Below, piece by piece: positions 49,437-61,226 of a stretch of DNA of 64,000 nt; the first letter of the stretch is position 1, and the number at the start of each line of letters is the position of its first letter. A program made the position numbers and the translations under genes. A model generated the notes under the pieces. That model had not been told where the DNA came from. It did not search any database and saw nothing but the letters and a program-made list of their open reading frames with translations. The stretch is from Mobula birostris (Eukaryota): the NCBI RefSeq assembly GCF_030028105.1, contig NC_092379.1, forward strand, positions 21,739,309 to 21,803,308. Direction: 5' to 3'.

Positions 49437-50578
49437 TGTCATGGTCTTGTCCGTGAAGTCCACATTCCGGTTCATTGTCCAGTCCTTCGATCCATATTCC
49501 GGGTTTTCCCTGTTTTCCCAGGTTCTATTGGGTGCCTTAATTGAGGCACCTGATTCTCGTTTTGGGCTGGCACATAAATACATCTCAAACCAAGAATTCT
49601 CTGCTGGGCTGTTCCCTCCCCCTTCCTTCTGAAGCCCTGCCTGCATCCCCGTCAAGTTCGACTGCCAGAGTGAGACCGGAGCCTTGCCATACCAAGATAA
49701 GGAACTATTTATTGTTGAGTTTGGAACTATCTCTTTGTGTCCCTGTGTTTAGTGTCTGTGTCAAAGAAGAGTCCTGGCCCTAGCTCCTGTTTCCAAAGAG
49801 GGGTCCTGACTCTGTGTAAAGTCCCGGCCCTAAGTCCTGTTCCCAAGGAGGTGTCCTGGCTCTGTGTTCTGTGTTCCAGGCGCTGTGTTCCAGTCCTGTC
49901 CAAGTCAAGGCTTTGTGTTCTCATCCAGTCCAGGAGTCCCTTGGCAGTTTACCTCGGCAGTTCCCTCGGCAAGTGTCCTCAGCAGAAAGGGTCCCGGCCC
50001 CGCGTCCCAGAAAGGGTCCCGGCCCCGCGTCCCAGAGCCTAACAAAGCCGAGTCCAAGAGCCGAGCCAGACCTAGTCCAAGAGCCACGTCTTGCCCTGGA
50101 GTATCTCAAGTCCAAGGCTCTGAGCGTCCAGTTCAAGTCCAAGGCTCTGTGTTCCAAGACCAAGCCTGGTCCAAATCTGAGCTTCGTGTCCTCATCTAGT
50201 TCCGGTTCATCGGCTAGCCCAGGGGTTCCTCGTCCTGTCCTGTAGCCATGTCCTGTCCTTGCCAAGATCTTAGTCCCGAGTCCTAGCCCAGACCCGGTTT
50301 CCAGTTCTGAGTCCGAGTCCAAACCAAGACCCAGGTTCCGGGTTCTTGTCCAGGTTCTCGTTCCGGAGTTCCATGTTCCTAGTCCAGGCTGTTCGTTCCT
50401 AGTTCCCTGTCCGGGTCCTGTGTTTCTAGTCCAAGTCCTAGACCAGGCCCTGAATCCTAGTCTCATCCAGGGCCTGTGTCAATGTCCAGCGTTGTTTCTT
50501 CCTTACTCACCTTCCTATCTCGATAAACCTAGTCTCTGTCTTGCTTTTGGGTCCGCCATCCATGCCCAGCTTATAACA
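49437..50578 (+). repeat. Solo LTR (copy B of 32307-33401)
   Basis: tgtcatgg...ttataaca; TSD ccaac/ctaac; B-specific 25 bp tandem duplication near 49983-50032. Confidence 0.8.
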
Positions 50579-51244
50579 CTAACTTCTCAATAATTTCTGC
50601 TCAGTTATATGCCCTCTCTTTGGCTTTATGTTGGCCTTGACTTTCCTTCTTCAGCATGGCTGAGTCATCTTGCCTTTAGAATACTTTTTCCTTTTTGGAA
50701 TGTATAGATCTTTTGCCCTCTGAGTTGCTTCCAGAAATTCCAGCTATTGTTGTTCGACCATCATCCCTGCCAGTGTTCTTTTCCAATCCATTATAGCAAT
50801 CAACTCCTCTCTCATGCCTCTATAACTTCCTTTGCTCCACTGTAATAATGATACATCTAACTTTAGCTTCTTCTCAGATTTCACTAATCAATTCCAGTTC
50901 ATTGTAGAATCCCCAATACAGAATAGTCAATCTGACTGCAAGGATATGGGACCTCTCAGGCTCAGGCATAACCTATCTCTTTTGTACATGTTATATCTTC
51001 CCCAGAAGAGGTCCTGGTAATCCATAAATCTGAACCCATGCCTCCTGCACCAGTTCCTGAGCCAGACATTCGCCTGCAAATCAGCCTATTCTTACCCTCA
51101 TTGACATGTGGCTCAGGCAGCAATCCAATGATTACTACCCTGGAGGTTCTGTTCCTCAGCTTTCTACCTTGCTTCCTAATATCTCTCTTTGGGACCACCT
51201 CACCTTATCTACCTATGTCATTTGTGCCAATATGTACAAAGACT

Positions 51245-52760
51245 GTGACGAGAGTCCTTGATGAGGATGGTTTGGACTCAATTGCTGGGGTATCTTTGTG
51301 CCCAAAACATCGTTACCAATTAGCAGGACCATCCAGAGTCCTTAAAGGGGCCGCACCAGCTATCTGCACTGCGAAGAGTCAGAGTCGATTTTCCGGAAGC
51401 AGGGACTGTTGGGTGTGCCTCATAACAGGACCCATTATGTACGCTGATTCCTGCTGACCCTGGCTACTTGGAGAGGCAGTGATGAGAGTTGTGGAAGAGA
51501 GCAGGATCTCAGATATCTCTATCAGGCACCCAGGACCTCTCCTGGAGTCCGAATAATTCCCAGTCCATGAGGTATTGTCAAATACCCAGAGCAGTCCGCA
51601 AGTACAAAAGTCTTCTCACCGGGGCAGCGGGGCTCATGGTGGTGGGGCTAAGGGTCTGATGCAGACAGGTTTTAATTTAGAGATTTGGAAGGTGGGATTG
51701 ATCTTTGGAGTTTTGGGGAGCTGCAAAGTTTCTCTTGTCCTAATCCATTTCTGCTTGCAGCGTTGGATGAAATCTTCAGCCTCAGGGACCCCGACCTCTG
51801 CCTCCTTGTGTGTAAAGAGAGGCAGAGGATAACCAAACTCACTTGAACGGTGACAACCCATGCGCTGAATGCTGTAAGGTGTTGTAACGGCCCACATCAA
51901 TGGTCTATATTCATGAGTGGTAGGGGATAGTGATTTTTGGCCATCTTGCAGTTGAATTCCCTATAATTAATGCATCATTGCAGGCTCCCATTGTTCTTTT
52001 GTGCAAAGAAGAAGCCTGTGCCAGCAGGTGTGGTGGAGGGCTGAATGAAGCCTGTGGCAAGAGCCCCCTTGATATACTCTTCCATTACACTTCTCTCTGG
52101 GCCCAAGAGCACATACAATCAACCCCTTGGGGGACAGGTTCTGGGCAGCAGGTCTATCGCACAGTTGTGGGGTTGGTGTGGTGGAAGAGTTGATGCCTTT
52201 CCCTTGCTGAAGACCTCCTCCAGGTCCTTGTAGATGGAAGCACTTTCAACAGGTTTGGGTGTGCTAACCCCTCAGGACCTTCTTTCGAGGATGACCCCTT
52301 TGTTTTTTTAGGTGACAGGGTGACTCAACCAACCTCAGAGTCTGCTCCCTGGGCTCACGAAGCTCATTTGTGGAAACAGGCCAAATCAGAGTCTAAATCC
52401 CAATCGGAATCCTCAGGCGACGGCAGCAAGACTTTACACAGGGTACGTTCCCTCCAGCAAATAGGCTTCAAAGCTCGGCATAATGGAGTCTGTTCCATTA
52501 CTTGAGACCTGGTGACTGTGTTCTTAAGCTCAGCTGCAAGTTCCCCAGAATGTTGGGGCGTCTCTTTGGTCCTCTCTTCCACATGATCCCATATCCTCAT
52601 CTTCAAATCCACAGTGTGTTGCTGGATCCGCCTGGAACCGAGTGGGCAACCGTACAAGACAGTTACAGGCATGGGTTAGCTCGACTTTTGCAGTGGGAGA
52701 TAAGTTACAGAACCTGGGCCTGTGTACCTCCCTCTGCAATTAGATGCTCAACTTCTTAAC
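51245..52760 (-). mobile_element. Heavily deleted chromovirus-type Gypsy remnant (gag, RT start, integrase end, chromodomain)
   Basis: [30 protein letters not shown] (RT start ~52100-52270); [40 protein letters not shown] (~51500-51580). Confidence 0.8.
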
Positions 52761-53362
52761 TGGAAGACCAATCTGTGCAGATTGACAATAATGTGTCCTC
52801 CTCGCTGATGATCAACACTGGGGCACCTCAGGGGTGTGTGCTTAGCTCACTGCTCTACCCTGTCTATACCCATGACTGTGGCTCAGCATTGCTCAAATAC
52901 CATCCATAAATTTGCTGATGATACAACCATTGTATTGTTGGTAGAATCTCAGATGGAGGTAGGGGGGCGTACAGGAGCGAGATACACCAACCAGGGGAGT
53001 GGTGTCACAGCAACAACCTTGCACTCAACATCAGTAAGATTAAAAAGCTGATTGTGGACTTCAGGAAGGGTAAGACGTAGGAACACATACCAATCCTCAA
53101 AGGGGGATCGGAATTGGAGAGACTGAGCGGTTTCAAGTTCCTGACTGTCAAGATCTCTGAGGATCTAACCTGGTCCCAACATATTGGTGCAGCTACAATG
53201 AAGGCAATACAGTGAATATACTTGAAGAGATTTTGTTTGAAGAGATTTACTTGAAGAGTTTGAAGAGATTTGGTCTGTCAACAAAATCACTCAGAAACTT
53301 CTATTGATGTACTGTGGAGAGCAGTCTGACAGACTGTATCACTGTCTGGTATTGGGGGGAGT

Positions 53363-56022
53363 ACTGCACCGGACCGAAAGAAGGGTTGTAAATTTAGTCA
53401 GCTCCAACTTGGGTACAAGCCTGCAAAGCACCCAGGACATCTTCAATGAGCGGTGTCTCAGAAAGACAGCGTCCATTATTAAGGACATTCAGCACCCAGG
53501 GCATTCCCTTTTCTCACTTTTACCATCAGGTGGGAGGTACAGAAGCCTGAAGGCTCACACTCAGCGATTCAGGAACAGCTTCTTCTCCTCTACCATCCAA
53601 TTCCTAAATGGCCATTGAACCCTCGAACACTCCCTCACTTGGTTAATATATATTATTTCTGTTTTTGCATGATTTTTAATCTATTCAATGTACACATACT
53701 GAAATTTATTTATTCATTACGGCCCGGATCTGGGCCGTACCCTCCAAATATCCGGTCCTGCCTCTCGTTTTTTTTGCACGACCTTACTTTCCATTTTCTA
53801 TTTTCTATTCATGATTTATAATTTCAATTTTTAAAATTTACTATCAATTTGTACTCCAGGGAGCGGAAGCGCAGAATCAAATATCACTGTGATGATTGTG
53901 TGTTCTAGTATCAATTGTTTGGTGACAATAAAGTATAAAGTAATTATTTTTTCTTTTATATTATGTATTGCATTGAACTGCTGCTGCTAAGTCAACAAAT
54001 TTCACGACACATGCCGGTGATAATAAACCTGATTCTAATTCTGATTCTGGATGTCGAACTGACCGATGAATCAATGGGACTGGGAGTAGTGACTGATACC
54101 GTCACAGTCCTCCCGATACTGGACGGTCCTAGTAGTCTTGATAGTTACAGCCTGGGACATTCAATCATGCCCACAGAACCTTGTCTCTGTCCTGCTGTCT
54201 GAGGAATCTCCTATCATCACTGCATTCCAGTTCCTGCATACATTCTCTCAGTTGCTGCAACTCGGTGCACCTGGAGCGGATGTGTTCACCTGGGAGACTG
54301 GAGTCTCCCAGACTTCCCACATCCCCACAGAGTGCAAAACACTGCCCCTGGAGCCATTCCTACTAAACTACTATGCCCTAATAGATGAGGAATGAACTAA
54401 TGGGAACAGAAAGAGAGAAACCTTATGGTCTTATGGAAGGTGGAGCAGGACTAAACAGAGGAAATCCATGAGACATAATCTGTCACACACAGAGCCTTGT
54501 TCACTAATCCTAATCTACCCCAAGACCATTTGGCCCATCGAGTCATTTTATCATGGCTGATCCATTTTCCCTCTCAGCCCCAATTGTCTGTCTGCTACCC
54601 ATATCTCTTCATACCCTGATTAATCAAGAATCTATCAACCTCTACCTTGACTATGCCGAGACTTCGCCTCCGCAGCCGCCTGTGGCAGTGAATTCATCTT
54701 CTAAAATAAACCCCTCTATTCTGAGGCTGTGCCATCTGGTCTTAGACTCTCCAGTCATGGGAAACATCCTATCCAAATCCACTCTTAACATGGCTATTCA
54801 ACATTTGATCGGTTTCAATAAGGTCACCCTTCATTCTTCTGAATTCCAGTGAGCACGTGAAATGCTCATCATGTGACGAGCCTTTCAATCCCAGAATCAT
54901 TTTTGAGAATCTCCTTTGAACTCCCCACAATGTCAGCACATTTTTTCTCAGATAAGGGGCCCAAAATTGCTCACAGTACTCCGTTAGGCCTCACCAGTGC
55001 TTTGTAAAGCCTCAACATTACATCCTTGCTTTTATCTTGTAGTCCTCTTCAAATGAATGCTGACATCACTTTTGCCTTCCTCACCACCCACTCAACCTGC
55101 AAATTAACCTTTAGGGAAGCCCACACAATGACTCCCAAGTTCATTTGCACCTCAGATTTTTGAATTTTCTGTCCATTTTGAAAATTGTCTTTCCTTTTTA
55201 TTTCTTCTTCCAAAGTGCATGACCGTACAATTCTGAACATTGTATTCCATCTGCCAGTTCATTGCCCATTCTACCAATCTGGCTTCGTCCTTCTGTAGCC
55301 TCTGTACTTCCTCAAAACTACCTGCCCCTCCACCCATCTAGTATCATGTGCAAACATTGCAACAAAGCCACCAATCCTGTCATCCAAGACTTTGACATTT
55401 TATGTTAAAGGGAGCAGTCCCACCACTGGTCACCAGCAGCCAAACAGAAAAGGCTCCCTTTATTCCCATTCTTTTCCTCTTGCCACTTTATCCCTGCTAC
55501 TGTCTTTCATGTAATACCATGAGCTCTTAACTTGTTAAGCAGCCTCATGTACTGCACATTGTCAAAGGCCTTCTGAAGATCCAAGTACACAATATCCACC
55601 AATTCTCCTTTGTCTGTTCTACTTGATATTTCTTCAAAGAATTCCAACAGATTTCTATGGCAAGGTGTTCCTTGAGAAAACCATGCTGACTACAGCTGAT
55701 TTTATCAAGTGCCTCCAAGTACCCGGAAACCACAACCTTAGCAATCGACTCCAACTTCTTCCCAAGCCCTGAGGTCAGAATAACTGGCCTACAATTTCCT
55801 TTCTTCTGCCTCTTTGCTTCTTGAAAAGTGGAGTGACTTTTGAAAATTTCCAGTCTTCTAGAATTATTCCAGAATCTATTGATTCGTGAAAGATCGTTAC
55901 TAATGCCTCCACAGTCTCTTCAGCCAAGTAGCAGGAGCATCACCCACTCCTGCTCCCAACACTCTCGAAGTTCCACCATAATGCTCGTGCCTTCCACAGT
56001 GAAGACTGATGGAAAATACTTG
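53363..56022 (-). repeat. Inverted segmental duplication partner of 34693-37659
   Basis: Reverse-complement match across Rex, CR1 ORF1 and CR1 RT pieces and their junctions. Confidence 0.93.
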
Positions 56023-56384
56023 TTCAGTTTGTCCATCATTTCTTTGTCCCTGATTACTACGTCTCCAGCAATGTTTTCCAGTGGTCTAATATCCATCCTC
56101 ACCTCTCTTTTACACTTTATGTATCTGTAGAATCTTTTGGTAACCTCTTCAATATTATTGGCTAACTTACTTTTGTATTCGATGTTTTGCCTCTTTGTTT
56201 TTGTAAATTGCCTTCTGATGTTTCTAAAATCTTCCCATTCTAATTTCTCACCAGTTTTTGCTCTGTTATATTAGCTTCCTACCATAGATATTGGGTTTGC
56301 TCATCTATAGTTCCCAACATTTTATTTTTAATTGTAACCCTTCTTGAATTGCTGAACTGAACTGAATTCCTGCTCCCTGTGCAA

Positions 56385-56630
56385 GGTTTCAGCAATGTAC
56401 TAATCTATGATATGTTCAGTTTTCAACTTCACCTGCACATGGTACTGGGAATAATCTAGAGATGACCACTGTTGGGGTCTTACATTTAAACATCTTTTCT
56501 TTCTCCCTATATTCACTGCACAGCAGTACATCCATTTTTTCTTCCTATTCTCATTTGAGCCAATGTGTGCAACCACTTCTGTTTGCTCACCCTCCTCACT
56601 GAGAATGTTCTGCAATCGCTCTGAGACATC
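56385..56630 (-). mobile_element. CR1 ORF1 SGNH-esterase fragment
   Basis: QNILSEEGEQTEVVAHIGSNE. Confidence 0.75.
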
Positions 56631-57224
56631 CTCATCTGAATAATACTCTATTTGTAATTCCTCATCTCACCTACCCAGCTGATCAAGATCCCACTGTAAT
56701 TGTTGCTAACCTTCTTCTCTCCCCACAATACCATCTGTTTTCGTGTCAGCTGTCATCTAATACTCAGGAATATGGGATCGATTCCCATCAATGAGAGGCT
56801 TCCTTCATCCAGGTAAGAGCAGTCATTTGGATGAGATTGAAAGGAATAATTCTCAGTCCGTCGCTGTGGGAATGCCCCCAAATGCAGTATTGTGCAAAAA
56901 TATACTTGGATCAGATTTTGGAGAGCCACAAAGTCGTGGAGATTCCCAGTGTCTGGAACACAGGGTGCAGAGCAGGAAGTGAGGAACATGGCACAGATTT
57001 GGATATTAGTCTGGTATCCAGGCCTTGGAGAGTCTCTCCCTCTTACACTATGATCTCTCTGTCCTTGTCCTTCCTGCTTCTCTCTCTCTCCTTCCACCTT
57101 CCCTTAGCTCATTTCAAACTTTTCAAACCTCTAATCTGCTGCCTCATTTCTCCCTCCCACCCCACAGAGCACAGGGTCAGATACTGGCTCTGACAAGCTG
57201 CCTGCACTTTGTACAAGCTGCCTG

Positions 57225-59470
57225 CCTTCTTATCCACAGAGTCAACCTGCGTAACAGCTTTGAGTGTCCTCTGGACTCGGACCCCAAGAGCCCTCTGATC
57301 CTCCACACTGCCAAGAGTCTTACAATTAATACTATATTCTGCCATGATATTTGACCTACCAAATTGAACCACCTCACACTTATCTGGGTTGAACTCCATC
57401 TGCTACTTCTCAGCCCAGTTTTGCATCCTATGAATGTCCCGTTGTAAACTCTGACAGACCTCCACACTAACCAGAACACCCCCAAACTTTGTGTCATCAG
57501 CAAACTTCATAACCCATCCCTCCATTCCTCATCCAGGTCATTTTTAAATATCACGGAGTAAGGGTCCCAGAACAGATCCCTGAAGCATACCACTGGTCAC
57601 CGACCTCCATGCAGAATGTGACCTGTCTCTAACCACTCTTTGCCTTCTGTGGGCAAGCCAGTTCTGGATTCACAAAGCAATGCCCCCTTGGATCCCATGC
57701 CTCCTTACTTTCTCAATAAGCCTTGCATGGAGTACCTTATCAAATGCCTTGCTGAAATCCATATGCACTACATCTACTGCTCTTCCTACATCAATGTGTT
57801 TAGTCACATCCTCAAAAAATTCAATTAGGCTTGTAAGGCACGACCTGCCCTTGACAAAGCCATGCTGACTATTCCTAATCATATTATACCTCTCCAAATG
57901 TTCATAGATCCTGCCTCTCAGGATCTTCTCCATCAACTTACCAACCACTGAAGTAAGACTCACTGGTCTATAATTTCCTGGGCTATCTCTACTCCCTTTC
58001 TTGAATAAGGGAACAACAACTGCCACCCTCCAGTCCTCCGGAATCTCTCTCGTCCTCATTGATGATGCAAAGATCATTGCAGAGGCTCAGCAATCTCCTT
58101 CCTCGCCTCCCAAAGTAGTCTGGGGTACATCTCATCCGGTCCCAGCGACTTATCCAACTTGATGCTTCCCAAAAGCTCCAGCACATCCTCTTTCTTAATA
58201 TCCACATTCTCAAGCTTTTCAGTCCACTGCAAGTCATCCCTACAATCACCAAGATCCTTTTCTGTAGTGAATACTGACTAGTGAACCCAAGCCTGTGGAC
58301 CCCAGCCTCCATGTCTGAAGACCAAGACCCCAGCCTGCAGTCCCAAGCCTCTAGACCCCAGCCACGTCCTGCCTGTAGTCATGTCATGTTCTTGCCTGGT
58401 TCTGGAGCCCGAGCCCGAGGCAAGACCCAGGTTCTGGCTCCTTGTCCAGTCTCTAGCTCGGGGCCCAAGCCCAAGTCTGCGTTCTTGTCCCTGCTCCTTG
58501 TCTGTACCCTGTCACATCCCTAATCTAGTCAAGTCCTGTTCCTTGCCTGTGTCTTGCACTTGGGTCCATTCCCAACGCCCCCATTGTGACAACCACTGAG
58601 AGACCTGACACCTGACCAGGTTCATTTCCCAATACCAGATCAAGTACAGCCTCTCCTCTTGTAGGCTTGTCTACATATTGTGTCAAGAAACCTTCCTGAA
58701 CACACCTAACAAACTCCACCCCGTCTAAACCCCTCACTCGAGGGAGATGCCAATCAATGTTTGGGAAATTATAATCTCCCGCCACAACAATCCTGTTATT
58801 ATTACTCCTTTCCAGTCTCCCTATCTGTTCCTTGATGTCCCTGTTACTATTGGGTGGTCTATAAAAACACCCAGTTGAGTTATTGACCCCTTCCTATTCC
58901 TAATTTCCACCCACAGAGACTCCGTAGACAAACCCTCCATGACTTCCTCCTTTTCTGCAGCCATGACTCTATCTCTAATCAGCAGTGCCACGCCCCCACC
59001 TCTTTTGCCACCCTCCCTATCCTTTCTGAAACATCTAAAGCCTGGCACTTGAAGTAGTCGTTCCTGCTCCTGCATCATCCAAGTCTCTGTAATGGCCACA
59101 ACATCTTAACTTCAAGTGCTGATCCATGCTTTAAGCTCTTCCACTTTATTCATAATACTCCTCACATTAAAATAGACACATCTCAAACCATCGGAGTGAG
59201 TGCATCCCTTCTCTATCACCAGCCTATTCTCTCTTTCTCACTGTCTCCAAACTTTCTCTATTTGTGACCCAACCTCTCTTTCCCCCGTCACTTCAGTTCG
59301 GTTCCCGCCCCCAGCAATTCTAGTTTAAGTTCTCCCCAATAGCCTCAGCAAACCTTCCCACCAGAATATTGGTCCCCCTTGGATTCAAGTGTAACCCGTT
59401 CTGTTTGTACAGATCACACCTGCCCCAGAAGAGGTCCCAATGATCCAGAAATCTGAATACCTGCCCATTG
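57225..59470 (-). mobile_element. CR1 LINE (ORF1 end, EN, RT), degenerate with internal deletion
   Basis: AITETW, GDYNFPNIDW, PEDWRVAVVVPLFKKG..NYRPVSLTSVVGK, MDFSKAFDKV; HLNPRGTNIL (ORF1). Confidence 0.9.
58281..58590 (+). repeat. Partial LTR (3' part) between CR1 pieces
   Basis: ccaagcc/ctagtc repeats as in the 32307 LTR; ends cacttgggtcc...tgtgaca. Confidence 0.55.
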
Positions 59471-61226
59471 TCTATTCCTGGAGTACATTCCTTCAATATC
59501 TGTGCCTTCCTCCAATGTCTGTCCCTTGGACTTACTCTGCTCAAATAAATGCTGGTGTTCATCACTGAGACAGCTGTTGTATTCTCTTCTATTCTTGGTT
59601 TGCATTAAATAGTAACCGTTTATGTTTTCTGCTTCGAATGTGTTTACCCCAGTATCTGTTGTATTTTCCTGCACTGGCATATTTTTTCAGAATGCTCTCT
59701 CCTGCTGACATTGCATTAAAACATGTACATGGACGATCTCCAGTTCTGAGTCACCTGTACTTGTACCAACAGCTCCACACTCTCTGATGGGGGATGCTGC
59801 AGGATGCACAGAGTTTCCTTCAGCTAAACACCGAGCAGGCCAAAGCCTTTGGTCCCCACAGTGAGTTCTGTTCCAGGGCATTGATGCTGTTGAGTCACTT
59901 TTCAGTGATGTGAGAACAGAAATTCAGGCTGACTTGGCAGTTCACTGTCGTACAGAGGGACAGAGCTGCTGCCTTTCAGCTGAGACATTGAAGGGAGATT
60001 GTGTGTGCAATGGAGAAGCTCCTGTACTCACATTTTTCTGGGGCATGGAGTGGGGAGAATTTGGATAATGTGTTGAAATACGGATTGAGACACTCATTAT
60101 GAAACATTCCATCAACATCTTGCTCTGGGATGTATAACAAGGTTCTGATAAACTCTTCCAATGAGCCTCTGTGTTTTCCTGAATATCTTTCTCGGGGTGC
60201 AGCACCCCAGTGTTCCCACTGTGAGAAATCCCTTATGAACATGAGCAGTACGTGTGGGGCTACACTCATATATTACCGGCTGGGAATCTCTCCGATATTT
60301 GTCCCGGGATGCATTACCCACTCGTACGTGGAGGCAGATGGAATCTCTGCAGTGATGAGGGAACTAAGATGGGCTGAATGGCTTCCCTCCGTTTTATCAA
60401 CTCCAGTCACTTCATGTTCTCCTTTTCTTTGTTTTTAATGAATACAATTTCAAATCATGACATGACATAAACTCCAGTGGAAAACTGGAAGAAAAGCTAT
60501 AGGCAATGACTTCCACAACATTTGATTTACAGAATTTGACAGAACATCCTCCACCACACTCCCCCTCCCCATGTCAACTTCTTGCTCCATAACAATAATA
60601 ACCACTTCCTCAACTCCCTCTTCTCCATCACTAAACACACCCACATTCCCTTGCTCCCCATTCCCAAGCCTTAACCCTGCCTTCCTCTCCCCTCCTGTAA
60701 ACCCCCTCCAGTGTCACATATCCTGCCATTTTCCCAATGTATCATCCACCGCTGTCCCTCCGCCCACCGAACCGGCTCTGTGCCCCCATTTCCCATCTGG
60801 CATCCCCGGTACATTTAGAGGTTTATTTTCTGAAATGAGCAGTTGCAGTGCAGTAGCCTCGGATTGCCGAGTGAGTGAGATGGAGACTCCATTTCCAAAC
60901 ATCGCAGCCACACGGGGATCTCTTGACTGAATGTGGGGCGTGTGTCTGCTGGTCACTGCTGAACCTGAAATACAGACAGGAGAGTATGATATTGTGTGAC
61001 AAGGTGCAGCACAGACATTAACCTGTGAGGACCACATTGATGATGTACAGGTCATTGCAGAGGCTCAGCAATCTCCTCTGTCGCCTCCCACAGTAGTCTG
61101 GGGTACATTTCATCCGGTCCCGGCGACTTATCCAACTTGATGCTTTCCAAAAGCTCCAGCACATCCTCTTTCTTAATATCTACATTCTCAAGCTTTTCAG
61201 TCCACTGCAAGTCATCCCTATAATCA

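Larger units (their letters stand above)
38724..50688 (+). repeat. Direct segmental duplication, copy B
   Basis: Colinear with 20973-33511; carries B-specific CR1 (40848) and mini-PLE (40526) and lacks A 25225-26500 and ~29711-31330. Confidence 0.95.

Noticed and set aside
56780-57040. Minus frame ETLQGLDTRLISKSVP...TALTWMKE
   Set aside because: Internal stop, no splice signals, no family I can name.
60010-60140. SRCR-like GHGVGRIW/DNV motif on plus
   Set aside because: Needs a frameshift, conserved cysteine spacing fails, and the upstream half of the domain is absent.
60100-60230. PGRP-like WGAAP...YIP resemblance on minus
   Set aside because: The HH zinc ligands and the downstream amidase motifs are missing; likely chance.
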